Shown here one piece after another: positions 25,882-39,966 of a stretch of DNA of 64,000 nucleotides (position 1 is its first letter; every line of letters starts with the position of its first letter). Made by a program: the position numbers and the translations under genes. The DNA comes from Octopus vulgaris (taxonomy: Eukaryota): positions 126,480,001 to 126,544,000 of the forward strand of contig OX597817.1 of the NCBI GenBank assembly GCA_951406725.2. The letters are read 5' to 3'. The notes below the pieces were generated by a model that was not told the DNA's origin, did not search any database, and saw only the letters and a program-made list of their open reading frames with translations.

Positions 25882-26660
25882 GGTTTCTCTTTGAAAATAT
25901 ATATCATTTTTCAGTGACGAAAATTCACTGATACCGAAAAAGTGTAAGCAAGCAATGATAAATCTCTGAGCGAGATATAAACAATAGCTGCACGACATAG
26001 TGAAATATATTTGCCATTTAAATGTGGCTAACCCTAAAGGGTAGAAACTCGAGTCCGTGTGTATCGTGTAAGATTGAAGATGGGAAGGATGGCTTCCCTT
26101 CGCAAATACTCATAGGGAACAGAAAGTGTGTCAATAGCCAGCTGGAAGAGATGTCCTCCTAGGGCTACAAACTACAGTAGCATCCACCCTTAGTGGTTAG
26201 CCACATTTAAGTGACAAATATACTTCACGATGTCGTGCAACTACTGTTTATACCTCATTCAGAGATTTATTATTGATTGTTTACACCTTTTCGATATCAG
26301 TGACTTTTCGTCACTGGAAAAAGGATATATATTTTCAAAGGGAACCCACTTTTCATCGGCAATTGGTGATTGTCACACGCTGATGACGGGTCAATACCCA
26401 GAAACTCGAGTCCGTGTGTATCATGTCAGATTGTAGATGGGAAGGATGCCATTTAAATGTGGCTAACCCTAAAGGTTAGAAACTCGAGTCCGTGTGTATC
26501 GTGTAAGATTGAAGATGGGAAGGATGGCTTCCCTTCGCAAATACTCATAGGGCACAGAAATTGTGTCAATAGCCAGCTGGAGGAGGTGTCCTCCTGGGGC
26601 TACAAGCTACAGTAGCATCGACCCTTAAGGGTTAGCCACATTTAAGTGGCAAATATACTA
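25882..26660 (+). mobile_element. Hammerhead-containing 357-nt repeat unit with inverted and partial tandem copies (retrozyme or Penelope pLTR-like)
   Basis: GAAACTCGAGTCCGTGTG occurs at 26044, 26401 and 26479. 25882-26043 is the reverse complement of ~26185-26347. 26447-26659 repeats 26012-26224. Confidence 0.8.
26367..26423 (+). ncRNA. Type I hammerhead ribozyme; predicted cleavage after GUC at 26412
   Basis: Stem I CACACG/CGTGTG extended by TGAT/ATCA; core CTGATGA (26380-26386); stem II GGGT-CAAT-ACCC; GAAA; palindromic helix III ACTCGAGT; GTC triplet. Confidence 0.88.
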
Positions 26661-26685
26661 CATTAAGAACAATCATAATTATAAA

Positions 26686-27052
26686 AGAAGAGCAATCAGA
26701 GAATGCAAACTTCCGCCAAGATAGCACCAACGTCCTCTCAACCTTTAGCCAGAGATAACTTCTAAAATGAGAATATCTGAAAGAATCTCGATTGCTCTCA
26801 CAAACAACAATACTAAAAATGAACCCGATCGCTCTCAAAAATTAAGTAATAAAACAGGAAAAATAATCCAGAATCTTTGTCCGGGACCAGATCGATACCA
26901 AAATCTAATCAGTTCGTGCCAGGCACAATGCCAAACACTCCCCCAAAGTTTCATCCGAATCCATCCAGCGGTTCTTGAGATAGCTTGCCCACGGTCAAAC
27001 AAACACTCAGAACTGAAAACAATACCCCCACCTTCGCGAAGGCGGAACTAAA
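26686..27052 (-). mobile_element. Helentron-associated non-autonomous element (HINE/DINE-1-like)
   Basis: One end has the palindrome ccttcgcgaagg next to gaaaacaatacc. The other end has ttccgccaag (inverse of aggcggaa) and agagcaatcagagaatgc. Internal aagtttcatccgaatcc..ttcttgagata is recalled as typical of this group. Confidence 0.55.
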
Positions 27053-28725
27053 CATGAAAATGTGACTTTGATAGCTGATAATTTTGATGAAAATATTTGG
27101 GAAATGATCGTGACGTTGTCAACAACGACATAGACCATGGTGAGGATAATGAAGACGATAACCACGCGAGGACAAGAACTACGTCGATGGTGATTTCTAT
27201 GACAGCAAAGGATGTAAAATGAGAAAGAAAAATGAAAACAAGGAAGTGTTATTAATTTAATATGGCTCATCAATTTACTCTCTTTATCCTTAATTACATA
27301 ATTGCAGCAACGAAGATATTTTTGGTAAACTGAAAGAATACGAATAAATTGACTTTTACGCATTTGTTCCTTCAAAATCTATAATTGTATTCTGTTATTT
27401 CCCATAAATTCCTCTAATGCTGCATGTAAAAGATTGATATATTTTGGATTTGTCTTTGAAAACAAGGACAAGAAAAGAGAAACAAATGTCGCTTCGATTA
27501 GAAATACAAATATTTTGGAGAAAATATAAAGAGATTGAGCTATTGAAATATAACAAACACTATGAGGAACTAAACTTATTTGAATGATAATATACAATAA
27601 GATCATTATAAAAAGATTGACGAAGTTTATGGACTTTGTATCACACTAAACAAATATATTGACATATAGAAACACATTGCTAACACATCTCATGTACTTT
27701 TACGGATCGAAATATTTGCTGAAATTTTACGGAACACTAGAAAACATATACAACCGTACAGCTGACGAACAAATAAAGTAATTTATTTTTCTAAATGTAT
27801 ATCACATTCAATAGTCATCTCATCATATTTAGGAAATGTTTATCGAAATACTGCAAAATGCCTAGCGGATGTCAGACGGTCTTCTATAATACAAATAAAC
27901 CTTCCAACCAAATAATTTGTTTTTCATTCTGAAAGATATTTTTTAACATTTTCATATTGTGTTATCGGGGGAAAGAACATCATGTTGCATTTCAAATTAG
28001 GAAAGACAAAAAAAACTTCTTTAGTTGTAATTAATGTAGTTAAGTAAAACATTACGTTCCCTATTTATTGATGACATTATCCCCTCTACTTACCCAATTG
28101 TTTATCCTTTCCATGGTCCGTCTCTGCACTTAAACTTTCATTTCCAATGTTAGAACGAACTAATATTACCCGTCACTGAAGAGCGATTTTTCAGTCCACA
28201 CGACATCCAATATCGAATATAGGACCTGGTCTTATAATCTTAAAAGGATACAATCGATACGAATTTAACCATAATGGTATATAGTAATCTCCAAATAAAT
28301 CGACACGACTATTATGCAATAACTGAGTATTAATGCTTCTGACTGTTCATCTGTATGGCCATAATTTTACAGGCATATGTGGACATATATGTGAATTATT
28401 ACTCGTGTATTTTAGAAGAGCTTGCAAGTTCTACTTATTATTCAGGTTTCTTCTTATAAAATTTATTATTATTTAGTGCGTCTTTATAAAATATGTGTAA
28501 CTAACTCTCAAAGAGTTACATCCAACTGGATGACATTACCTGAAAAAACTACTCTAACTTCATTTACTTGTGATTTAATTTTCTATTTTAATTTATTTCA
28601 TTCATTTATTATTCTTGTTTATATATATATATATATATATCTCCCATTCTTCGTATTACAATTTTCGTACATATTTAACATACCGGTATTTTCTCAACGA
28701 TTGTATACACACACACGCATGCACG

Positions 28726-28757
<32 letters not shown>

Positions 28758-29107
28758 CACAAACACTCACATATATGTGTTTATAGGAATCTATTTCTTA
28801 CAGGTGTTTATGGGAATTTATTTATGAACATTTAATATGCAGCTTTGTCTATGTATATTTGTCAATGCGTGTGCATATACATATGTATGCTAGTATGTCT
28901 ATACGTTAGTATACATATGGTTTTTAAAGACGCAAGTGCTTTTCACATATATCAGCATTTATACACATACATACACATAAATTAGTGCATAGATTAGTGT
29001 GAACGTGTAGATATAGTTGTTTATATGGGCGTGTATATATATATGTATATATGTATATATTTATGTATGTATGTATGTATGTATGTATCTATCTATCTAT
29101 CTATCTA

Positions 29108-29144
<37 letters not shown>

Positions 29145-29354
29145 CCTATATATGTCCTTATGGTCTCTGATACATACATTACAACATGTTTTTTTCCTTA
29201 TAATTTCTACATCTGTCTCTTTTAAACATTTTCCTTCTGTAAATATTTGTTATAAGCGTTGTAAACTCACCAGCTTATTTCTTATAGCCCATAACAGTCG
29301 GTTTTTTCTTTCTCCGTCTTGCCTCCTTTCAATTATTTCTTTCTCATTGCCTGC

Positions 29355-29470
29355 TTTGCTAAATCCACTACTAAGATTTTGATCGGCCGGAAGATATTTG
29401 ACGAAGGTGCCACGCTGTGGCACTAAATCCAAAATCATGTGATTTGGAAGCAAGCTTTTTACCACACAGT
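29355..29470 (-). mobile_element. tRNA-derived SINE family B, degenerate 5' fragment
   Basis: aaatccact...aaggtgccacgc...catgtg...aagcaagct..taccacacag matches the head region at 50715-50826 and 52833-52868. Confidence 0.7.
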
Positions 29471-32400
29471 AATCTCAAGTACACAAGTTTGTATACGTAC
29501 GTATATTGGTACATATGGATGTATATATATGTAAGCGGGTCATATATATGCTATGTACTCGTATGTGTGCATGTCTATGTGTTGTGTGCGTATAGTGTTA
29601 TACATGTTTGCATTTACATATATGCATGTATATGTAAGTATATTTGTTCGTATATGTATTTACATGGATCTGTTCAGTTTGGCTCACAGACTTTTTGATT
29701 AATTTTTTTAACGAAACAGTTTGAAACTTCGTAGAGTACTGACTGTGTTTGATATTACAAGCTTTTTTTTGGTTCGCGCGTAGGAGTAACCAGTAAATAT
29801 GAAGAATCAACACCAAGAAGGAAGAAATATTATTTACATATAATTATTTGTTTGCCTGACATCGGTGTTTCATCCACATATAAAGCGCACCGGTATTTAA
29901 AAGACCTAGGGTGCTACAATCCGCAGCTAGCTTTTTTTGTTGACGTATATGTAGTTGGAAAATGCCTTATTTTACAACTATGAGATGTTTGTTATTGTCA
30001 TGAATTTATCTTAGTATAATCAACAACAAACACATTTCATCTATACAAAAGTCCTTATTAGATTCAAAATAACATTATCAAAACATGAAGGTGAAGCAAA
30101 ACAAATAGCGTCTTATACACCGGGAAATACGGTAATTGTAGTGACAGTGACAAGCTCTGTCACTGGTTGCTAGTGTACAAGGGAGAGAAAGAGTAAGGAA
30201 TGCACGGTGCTGACTAAGAAGAAAGAAAGGATAAAGGTGGCATCGTCTTCGTTCGACATTCAAATAGAATAGAGTGGTGACATTTAGTAGAGATGACCCA
30301 GAAGCTATTGCCCATAGATTTCTATTGCAAACAGCAGTAGAATTCTTCAACCAAATGCACGTCGTTGGTTGGTTGAAAATACCCATATATGACAACTTTA
30401 ACACGAAATATCTTCTAAATACCAAATTTTGTCAAAAATGTTCAAAGTAAACCGTGTTCTGTATGAGCCATTCCACCAGTATACGAAGTTTCAAACTGTT
30501 TAGTTAATAATAATTAATTAATTTAAAAATATGTGAACCAAACTGAACAAATCCCTTTATACAAGCATATACATTTTATATCGTACACTCATTATTGAAA
30601 TTTCCATCTATAGATTCTCATCAGTATTTTATTATATCTCACTTTCAACATCAAACATGCGTTGCTATTCTTTCAATTTAATTATGTATTACTTAATCAT
30701 TTTCTGGAATTGCGTTTCCTTTCGCTTTACACAAGATTTCTTCGAAATTATAATATATTTTTATATTAATACTTTACTGTTAATTTACACATCACATTAC
30801 CACCCAAATGGTAACGAAACCTAAACCGTTACATTTTGAGAATTTCCCATCCAATCAAAGTTAAATGCTAAATTGGTTGAGTTGAATTGTATCATATATT
30901 ATATTATATGATATATGTACCATCGCCATTTTAATTCAGTATTCTTCACAACTCTCTGACGAATGGGAACGTGAAAATCTGAGTAACAGTTTTGTGAAGA
31001 TTTTGCAGCTTTAATAAAGTATGTATGTATGTATGTATGTATGTATGTATGTATATATGTATTATGTATGCTTACACACACAAGTGCATATACTTACATT
31101 CACACACATAATTATGTGTATGCGTACTTGCGTGTTTACATCTCACTTCCAACGGACTGATATATAAAGAATGAGTTAGACAAAGGGACATACGTGAGAT
31201 TAAGAGAATCAGAGACCCTCATCACCATAGCTATGAAGTTTTTTAGACTAAAATAATATATATTATAAATATGAAATACAAAATAGTGCCGCCACAGAAG
31301 AAGTGAAGGGAGATAAAGCAACTGTTTAGTGAGTTAGGAGCGTACAAACCCGCTAGATGAAAGGCTATGAAATCTGATCTGGTGGCCATTGACCGAGACT
31401 CATTTTGAAGATAGAAGTGATTGTTTACGACTGTTACCAATGAAGTCACTTGTTTGCTAGTTGTTAGGGTCAGAGAGTGTGTCTTTCTTGAGGACAGGTC
31501 ACGGTGCTTCTTCTTTCTAACGATTGAAAATCGTATCTCAAGGAAAAGATTAAAGTGTTTGTTGAAGATAGGAAAGCATTGAAGTGTTAAACCGCTTTTC
31601 TTTTTATGTTTAGAATTAGATATTTCAAGTATCACGGCAATGATTTCTGTCAAACAATGTTTCTAGTTTAATTTGAAAATATATATAAACTTCGATTAGA
31701 TTCATTTTAAAGAAACCCATAATTTTTTGCGGATATAAGTTTTTCTGTAAGTAAAATATATTTTCAATTTCTTTCCATTTGTTTTTCAGGTTGGTGGTAA
31801 AGAAATTGTTATTAATGAATAAAACGTATTTTCCTTTTTATAACAACATTTAAGAGCTGATATTTCCTTCTGATTTTCCCCAAAATTTGCGTTTCGAAAA
31901 TGCATTTCATCAGTTTCAAATTTTATAGCAGATTTCCAACAACAAGAACGCAAACGTAAATGAAATTTTTATCATTAAAATGCAAGTTTGACAGCGCAAA
32001 ATATTCAAGCGTCAGAAGAATTTTTAATGCATGAAATGTTGCACGGAGTAAAAAATCATATAATTTGACAGGCTGACAAGCTGAGAGCTGTTACTGGAAT
32101 GTACCCATGGCAAATACCTAATTGGAAATTTATTAAAAAAATCTGCAATCAGATATTAAGTAAAAGGGTATCACACATAAATTTGATGGAGCAAAAAGGT
32201 ATGCTTTACAGAAGTATTACATAACTCGTAATATCTTAGATAAAATATATATGAAACGAACACTCTTGCTGCTGAAGATTGGTTACGTGCAGACATGGAA
32301 TGTATGTATGTATGTGTGTGGACAAACATTAGCATATTCAGGGTTTACTTAAGCATTTCTCATGTGTATCTAGCTGACTACGAATATATTTGTGCATTTA

Positions 32401-32517
32401 TAAGTATAAATACCTAAAAATCTCTCACACTCACTCTCTTCCCCTACATTTGCCTGTACATGTATGTGAGTGTATATAAATATGTGCTTAAATGCTTATA
32501 CATTCGTGTCTCTGTAT

Positions 32518-32860
<343 letters not shown>

Positions 32861-33329
32861 TATACATGTATGTATATATTTCTAAATACATGAATATATG
32901 TACACAGATACAAATATGTGTGTATGTGTGGGTGCCTACCACATTAGAATTTTTTCATCGTGCCTAAAAATGTCATTACGTGTCAGTGAGTTTAAGATAA
33001 TATAATGCACAGCTATAATTTACCACATACGACATTATTTAGTAACGCAAACGCACGAACGAAATATATTGTATTATACATATGGAAATATATATATAAA
33101 AGTACTGTATCATAGATTTATGAAATACGTATTAGTTTATGTATGTAAGTATGTGTAAGCGTGTCTTAGTATGTATTTATAAGTATAAATATATACTTAT
33201 GTGAGTATACTGCAGAGACTGAAATTTTTAAAGAACGAAGAATAATATGAAAATATTTATGCATGAGATAATAGAAATAATGAAGAATAGAGCAAATAAG
33301 TAGAAAATGAAGAAGAAAAAGTGGAACAA

Positions 33330-33380
<51 letters not shown>

Positions 33381-33814
33381 AACAGTGATAAGCACATCAA
33401 TATGAAGGGAATAGAGAAATCTCTTATCAGTAAATATAAATGAAGGAGATTAAACATAAATACATAGTAATACAATGAAGGCGATTTAAAATTTCTAAAA
33501 AGGTAAAATGTACGATAATAATAGGAAAGTATGTGAAATACGAAAGAAAAGAACATGGAAAACGACACAAATGGAGAATAAGCAAAGAAATGGAAGTAGA
33601 AGTCGCACACGATGTTTACTGGGAACAGGGTAACAAGGCTGGTGGCGTTGGTGGTTCTAATGCTACTCCTGATGACTGTGATGATGAATGGGCTCGAAGA
33701 CGAGGTTTAGATTTTATCAATAAAAGACAAGTGAAAAAGTGTACGGTATCCTTGGATATAACGCTGAGCAAGAGGTGAGTACCGAAATAGAAGTATATCT
33801 CGCTTCCACTTCGA

Positions 33815-33815
33815 T

Positions 33816-33904
<89 letters not shown>

Positions 33905-33962
33905 CAGCAGCAGCAGCAGCAACAGCAGCAGTATTAGTAGCGGTAGTAGCAGTGGCAGTAGC

Positions 33963-34018
<56 letters not shown>

Positions 34019-34032
34019 CAGCTGTGGTAGTA
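33815..34032. repeat. Compound (CAG)n/(TAG)n trinucleotide repeat (also (TAG)n at 33329-33378 and 35659-35710)
   Basis: Directly visible; explains the poly-A/V/T/L/Y ORFs. Confidence 0.95.
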
Positions 34033-34159
34033 GTCCGAAGGTAGAGAAAATTGAATGATCTGTTAAATGCTAATGGAAAATAATGCACTGTATATGAAGT
34101 AGGTTGAATTGCTCCTTTCGAAGTGATCGATTTCCCTGCTGATGTCCTTGTCACTGGTA

Positions 34160-34960
34160 TCCTTTACCAGGCCTGTCTTTAATTAGGTACTGGAGCGAGG
34201 TCTGTGAAGCTGTTGAACACCTGCTGCAGTCGTCGTCCCTTGCCGCTGCCTTCAAGTGCTCTTTCGCTCAGAAATATCACCCTTTCCTTCGGAGGTTCTG
34301 AACCGTTTCTTTCGCCCAGTCATTTGTGATGGCCTTGTTGCGCACCCGAATGGGCGGGTAGTATTCAATTACGTCAGAGAGCAAGCTATCCTCACGGCAA
34401 TAAATGTGTTATCTTCAGTGTCTGCAGTGAAATCCAAGGCCGCTTGTGAAGAGGACTTGAATCCATCAGTACCTCACGCACAGACTGGTTGATGTTTGAA
34501 GATCTCCCCCTTTAGATCACTGCTCTATCTCACAAAAGGTGAAACTCGGCATCTGCAACATGTTGGTCCTTTCCGTTCTCCTCTTTAGAGCAGAAACCTG
34601 GCCCTTCAAGGAGACCCTGGCAACGTAGATCAACGGCTTCGACAGCAAAGTTCTGAGGAGCCTCGAAAACATCAGGTGGTACCATCACGTTTTCAACGAA
34701 GAGCTGCGTGCGTCCAAGCATCAGCCTGAAGCCTTCCAACATCAGTGTAATCTACCGCAGGCGCTGGTATGGAATATATTCGCCGTTTCCCAGAGCCGTA
34801 TTCTCGTTCGGCGCAGAAACTGTGGACTGGAAGAGGTCCTGTGACAGGCTCAGCAGTAGATGGGTGAAGGCGATAAGGAAGATCTCCAGAGGATCGATGT
34901 CATGTGGGAGGATGCAGAAGGGCTGGCAAAAGTATTTGTGGGGTATTTGTCAGCTGTAAA
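34160..34960 (+). mobile_element. Decayed RTE-clade LINE, RT C-terminal region
   Basis: Plus-strand reading KVKLGICNMLVLSVLLFRAETW...INGFDSKVLRSLENIRWYHHVFNEELR...RRRWYG. GC content is higher than in the flanks. Confidence 0.75.
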
Positions 34961-35659
34961 TTTAAAGCAGCAAAATTCGGTTTGGCTTTTGCATATACGC
35001 ACTTGTTAGATACTTGACACTTTTATGAAGTCCTATGCGGACTTGCGACGCGCAGGTTGTGTTAAGCCCTATGATTTTGCGTTAAGCCCTATGATAATAC
35101 AACGCTTTAATTTGCTGTTATTGTTTCATGAACTACATTATAAAATGCTGCTGTGAGTGTACATCAAAGAACAGTCATTCATAAGAAAACTTATATTCAA
35201 ACGCATTCCAGTTTCAACCATATGTGTTTCAAAATATGTGTCAATACGGTACACTTCTGGACGTGATACTCTGTATATTCATTACATAAGAATCCTTACG
35301 CCCCTATTTGAAGTGCAACGTAACAAGCAGCACAATAGTCATAATGTACTTTGTTTCTGTGACGCTACACTCAATATTTTTCAGAGATTATTGTACTTAG
35401 CTGCATGGAAGCTCACATAGAACAGACATATGATCAAGTGCATTTAAAACTCTATTAACTCGTCTTTAAGATACATATTACAAAAGACTATATTATTATT
35501 GATTCATATTCATCCTTCCAAAACGTGACAGACTGTGATGTAGTTGAGATTTGTCGATTTGTTTTTCCCTGTTTGTTTGTTTTTTGTTTTGATAATTAAA
35601 GAAGAGGAGAAAGAAGTTGTGCAGAAGAAAGGGAGGAGGAGGACCACCAGCAGTTGCAA

Positions 35660-35709
<50 letters not shown>

Positions 35710-38700
35710 AGCAGCAGCAGTAAGGAAAAGTATCACATAGGAGGTTTTGCTATTATAGCCTATATTGATTTGTGCATGATATTTCGCCAGACAGTCGTTC
35801 TTATCGGGAATGTCTGATTTTAAAACAAACAACCTTTGTCTCTGTTATTCGGATTCAGCGTTAAAGATATCATATACTGTTAAATAATATGAAATATAAA
35901 AAAATATAATGATAATTAAAGAGCAGCTTCTCCAAAATTCATTCTATTCTAGGCATATCCAATGAAATCTAATATCTTAGAAAAAACAAAGTTTATAATA
36001 TTGATTCCACTGTTGTTATGGTCAATCTTAGTCCATTTACTTCAATTCATATCCATTTTACTGTTCCTGTGAACTTCGATCTTTTTGTCCGTATACAAGT
36101 TAAACTCCAATAATTTTTCCTTCTCTTTTTGTTTCCTTGTCTCTTTTCTTAATCCATCATACTTCTCAGTACGCAAGCGTGATGGGTAGAATTTTATTAT
36201 ATTTTCTTTCTCACACAACATTCTCATTATAAATTTTTCTTAGGGATGTCTTTCAGCAAGTGTGTTGTAATTGAAATGTTCTGAGATTAAGTCTGGTTGA
36301 ATCAGATAAGGTATCTGAAGACTGATCGAGAACTTTACTACAACTAACATTCAAAATTATGGAAACATGCATGCATTAACATTTTCGTATTTCTTGTATT
36401 GTCTAGGACATGTATCTATAAATATCATTTAGGCCACGTCTGAAGAAACGCCAATTTGCGGCCAATTATATGACAGAAACTGATTTTATTTTTCAATTCT
36501 ACTTACTTAGTCTTTTATATTCACAAGTAGAATTGGGACATTTACTCACTCTTCCCCCTGATTTTATTGTGAATGACACATAATCCTTATACAGAATCCA
36601 AAATAACTCTCATTTGCTACATTCCAGTTTAAGATTTATTCTGAAATATCTTTAATCGCTTTAATAAAATGACAGGTCTTACAAGGTTGGAGAACATATT
36701 CAGCAATGTCTGTATATTTCACTGAAATATGGATAGAGTTCCAGTAAAGGGTGATGCTGTCAAGGAGCAAAAGTAATTTACACCGTTAATTGGAAGAATT
36801 AGCAGCAAGACCTCAGGCTAAATATGTACATACATTAAATATATCATGTCCACAGTATTCAAGTTGTGAATTCATATAAACGTGTGCACGATAATTACCA
36901 ATAGCCTGATAAACTGAACAATCTAATGTTAAAGTCTCGCCTCGGAACACAACGGAGATACCTACAATTATATGAACTTTTAATCATTCAGCTGCGTGTC
37001 TGATACGAATATGACAAAAACACGCGTAGATAGATAATTAAAATACAAGCAATATTGATTAGCCTTGATTAGAAATGAGAAGAATTCTTTACACAATAGA
37101 GGTTGACGTGTTGATAAAATAAAATGTACGTATGTAAATAATTATACAGAACTAATATGACATTTTACATTGTTTTTAAGAATCGCATATCATGCAATTT
37201 CCAACACTGCTCTTTATATCAATGCTCAAAAGTTTATCGAATTAGAAACAATTATACAATTCACAGGACTCATAAAATGTGTGCTTATTTCCCATGTGTG
37301 TTTGGTCAGGTGCGCGCTTCTGCGTATTCAAAATGTATTGTTCAGTTTCTTGGTATTTTCATAGTCAGAACACTCTCAGCGTGTTCATCCTTTTTTGTTC
37401 TATTTCATTCTTTGTATCCTCATCTACTCTACAACCGCTATTATCCTCATTAACAATAGTATTAGTACTGCAGCCCTTAGATCATCACCGTCACCATCAC
37501 CTTTAACAGCATTATAAAGAGGAAAATCCTCGGCACAGACATTACTATCTTCGTTCTTTGTTGTCCTCCTCGTCATTGCCGTCGTCATTGTCTTCGACGT
37601 TGTTGTCTTTAGTATTATTACTGTAACTTGGTGCGCAATGCCAAGAGGAATTTTTCGTCTCAAGTGGAAAGTTGATGCATTAATTGCTGCTTCCTAGACA
37701 CGGCACGGGAATGTAAAATGTTACAGAGCTCTCAGTCTGTCTATTTGGTCTATAGCTTTTATAATAATGATCCAGCCACCTGTATCTCACCATTTATTCT
37801 GGTATAATAGAAGGCTTGGTCAGCAGTCAGTTTCAGCGATGGACATTCACTTGTTGATTTGAATATTTGATTTGTTCAGTAAGGGTGTAATCAGTCGGGT
37901 ACTTCTCAGAAACCTGTAGAAATAACTTTATCAGTGAGCTGATAGTGAAATTCCCAAATCTCCAGTTTGAATATAATGCATTCTAACATGCGTATTTACA
38001 CACAGTTTCTGTTTAACCCAATTTAGTCATATGACATGTAGGGGAACCAGTATACGATTAACATATTTCCTCTAAATATCATATACCGTGATCGATCCTA
38101 GGATCTCATAATTGCAACGGGTACTTGTAATACTTTAAATACTTGCAAAGGGTTACTTTTAACAACTCAGTGTCTTGTTCTCAATGTCATTTCTTTCTGT
38201 ATCAACTAAAGATATGGCAGCAAATTGTTGGCACTTAAACATAGACTTGAATGTACACCTCTTGTTTCTGAACAAAGCACGTCGTATATGTGAAGAAGAC
38301 TGAAATACCATAAAATGTGACAAATTATTATAAGAATCGAAACATACATCATCGTTAGATACTGTAAAAAGGAACAAATAAAAGTGAAAAATGCTTTTCC
38401 CTGTATCTATTTTTATTCTGTGTTTCACATATGTCATTATTGGTCGAAGTATTATAATCATAAATAATTTTTATCATCATTCTACATTTTTCATTAATAA
38501 AAGATATTTAATACAAATTACTACTCCTTTTGCAAGGATGAGGAAGTTTCGAACTTGAAGTAAAATAATTTACAAGCAATCAAAATTAAACTTCTTTCAT
38601 TACTTGCTCAATAAAGTGTAAACATTTTCCTAACTTCAATTCATCCACCATCTCGAATATCTCACTGCCTTCACACAGTCGCAACTTAATATCTGTCAGA

Positions 38701-39456
38701 AGCTGGACAAGTTTTCTCTCGGGAGTTTTTAATATGAATCGTGTACATAATGTTCACGATCAATCTTCTTTCAGAGTTACTTCAGAGTAATCCATCTCAA
38801 TAAAGAGCTTTTGTGCTTGCTATTTTACCCATTAGGCTTTTAATGTATCTATCTACATTAGATAAATATATCATTTCGGCATCAGGTTGATTAAGGGCCT
38901 TAACACACAACTATGTTCAGATAATCTATTTATTTATAGAAACTGTTTCATGTATATTCTCTGAAGGGTCTTATTGACAATCGAAGTGAAAGCGAAGGAA
39001 AGAGAAACGAAAAGAGAAAGTGAACGAGATAGAGAGAGACAAAGATACACACAGGGAAACAGAAAGAGGATGACAGAGATAGCACAGTTCTTGGGTTACT
39101 TGAACTTTAATCAATAAACACGGCTGACATTTCTACTCTATTTTTTTAATGAGGAGTAGAAACTGAACAAATATATATTGCTATGTGATTAAACACAAAT
39201 AGTTAGAAATACATATGTTCGGCAAAATAAAACTTTCACACATTTAACTGTAAGCAATCGTCAATCATTATACACAATATTGCTCTAGAATAATCAAATA
39301 TTCATTTGAAAGAGACGTAACCAAAAAGATTAACTGCTGAGTTCTTGCCAGGCAAAATTTTACTGCCGAAATTGATAAAAGATTTAGGAAACATGTCGAT
39401 GATTTTCTCCCACTTCTTCATTTTTTCTATCGCTCTCGCTTTATATATATATATAA

Positions 39457-39501
<45 letters not shown>

Positions 39502-39835
39502 TGTGTGCGTGCGTGTGTGTGTGTGTGTACGTGTGTGTGTGTGTGTATGTATGTATATATATATCTGAATATATATGTATGAATGTGTGTATATATATAT
39601 ATGTGTTTATTCAAGATAAGAAAATGGAGAAATACATCTAAATCAAATATCAATTACCAGATAATACTCAATCACATACTTTATTAAACCACCACATAAG
39701 AGACTGTAGGGTTAAATATAAAAAGCAGAACAAGTCAGTGTACATAAAGGAATGTACATAAAAAAGTGTACATACAAGAGTAATGTATAATAAGTAGAAT
39801 ATAAATACAAGTAAATATAAATATAAGTATAAATT

Positions 39836-39966
39836 AGATCTTACAGCTGTTTCGGCCATGTCGATAAGTATGTCTCATTTTACCAATATCAGCCCTTTAT
39901 GGTTGGTCAATATATAGATATAACTGAGACATTAACAAAAATATCACAAGGCCTCTTCGGAGATTA
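39836..39966 (-). ncRNA. Type I hammerhead motif with long stem II (core variant CCGAAGA)
   Basis: Minus strand reads atct-CCGAAGA-ggcc...ggcc-GAAA-cagctg-TA-agat. Helix III is palindromic (ACAGCTGT), and stem II contains atgtctca/tgagacat. Confidence 0.65.

Noticed and set aside
25882-26660. CRISPR-like or simple MITE interpretation of the recurring motif
   Set aside because: Eukaryotic context, irregular spacing and non-unique intervening sequence. The apparent TIRs derive from an inverted copy of the unit.
30951-30985. Hammerhead-like CTGACGA-atgggaacgt-GAAA-atc
   Set aside because: Stem II is weak, helix III is absent and the first stem I pair mismatches.
31770-31802. Polypyrimidine-CAG acceptor with a possible 7-nt microexon
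   Set aside because: Unsupported without transcripts; expected by chance in T-rich DNA.
33533-33780. 81-aa ORF ending at a strong donor (GAG|GTGAGT)
   Set aside because: No acceptor or recognisable domain; lies between trinucleotide repeats.
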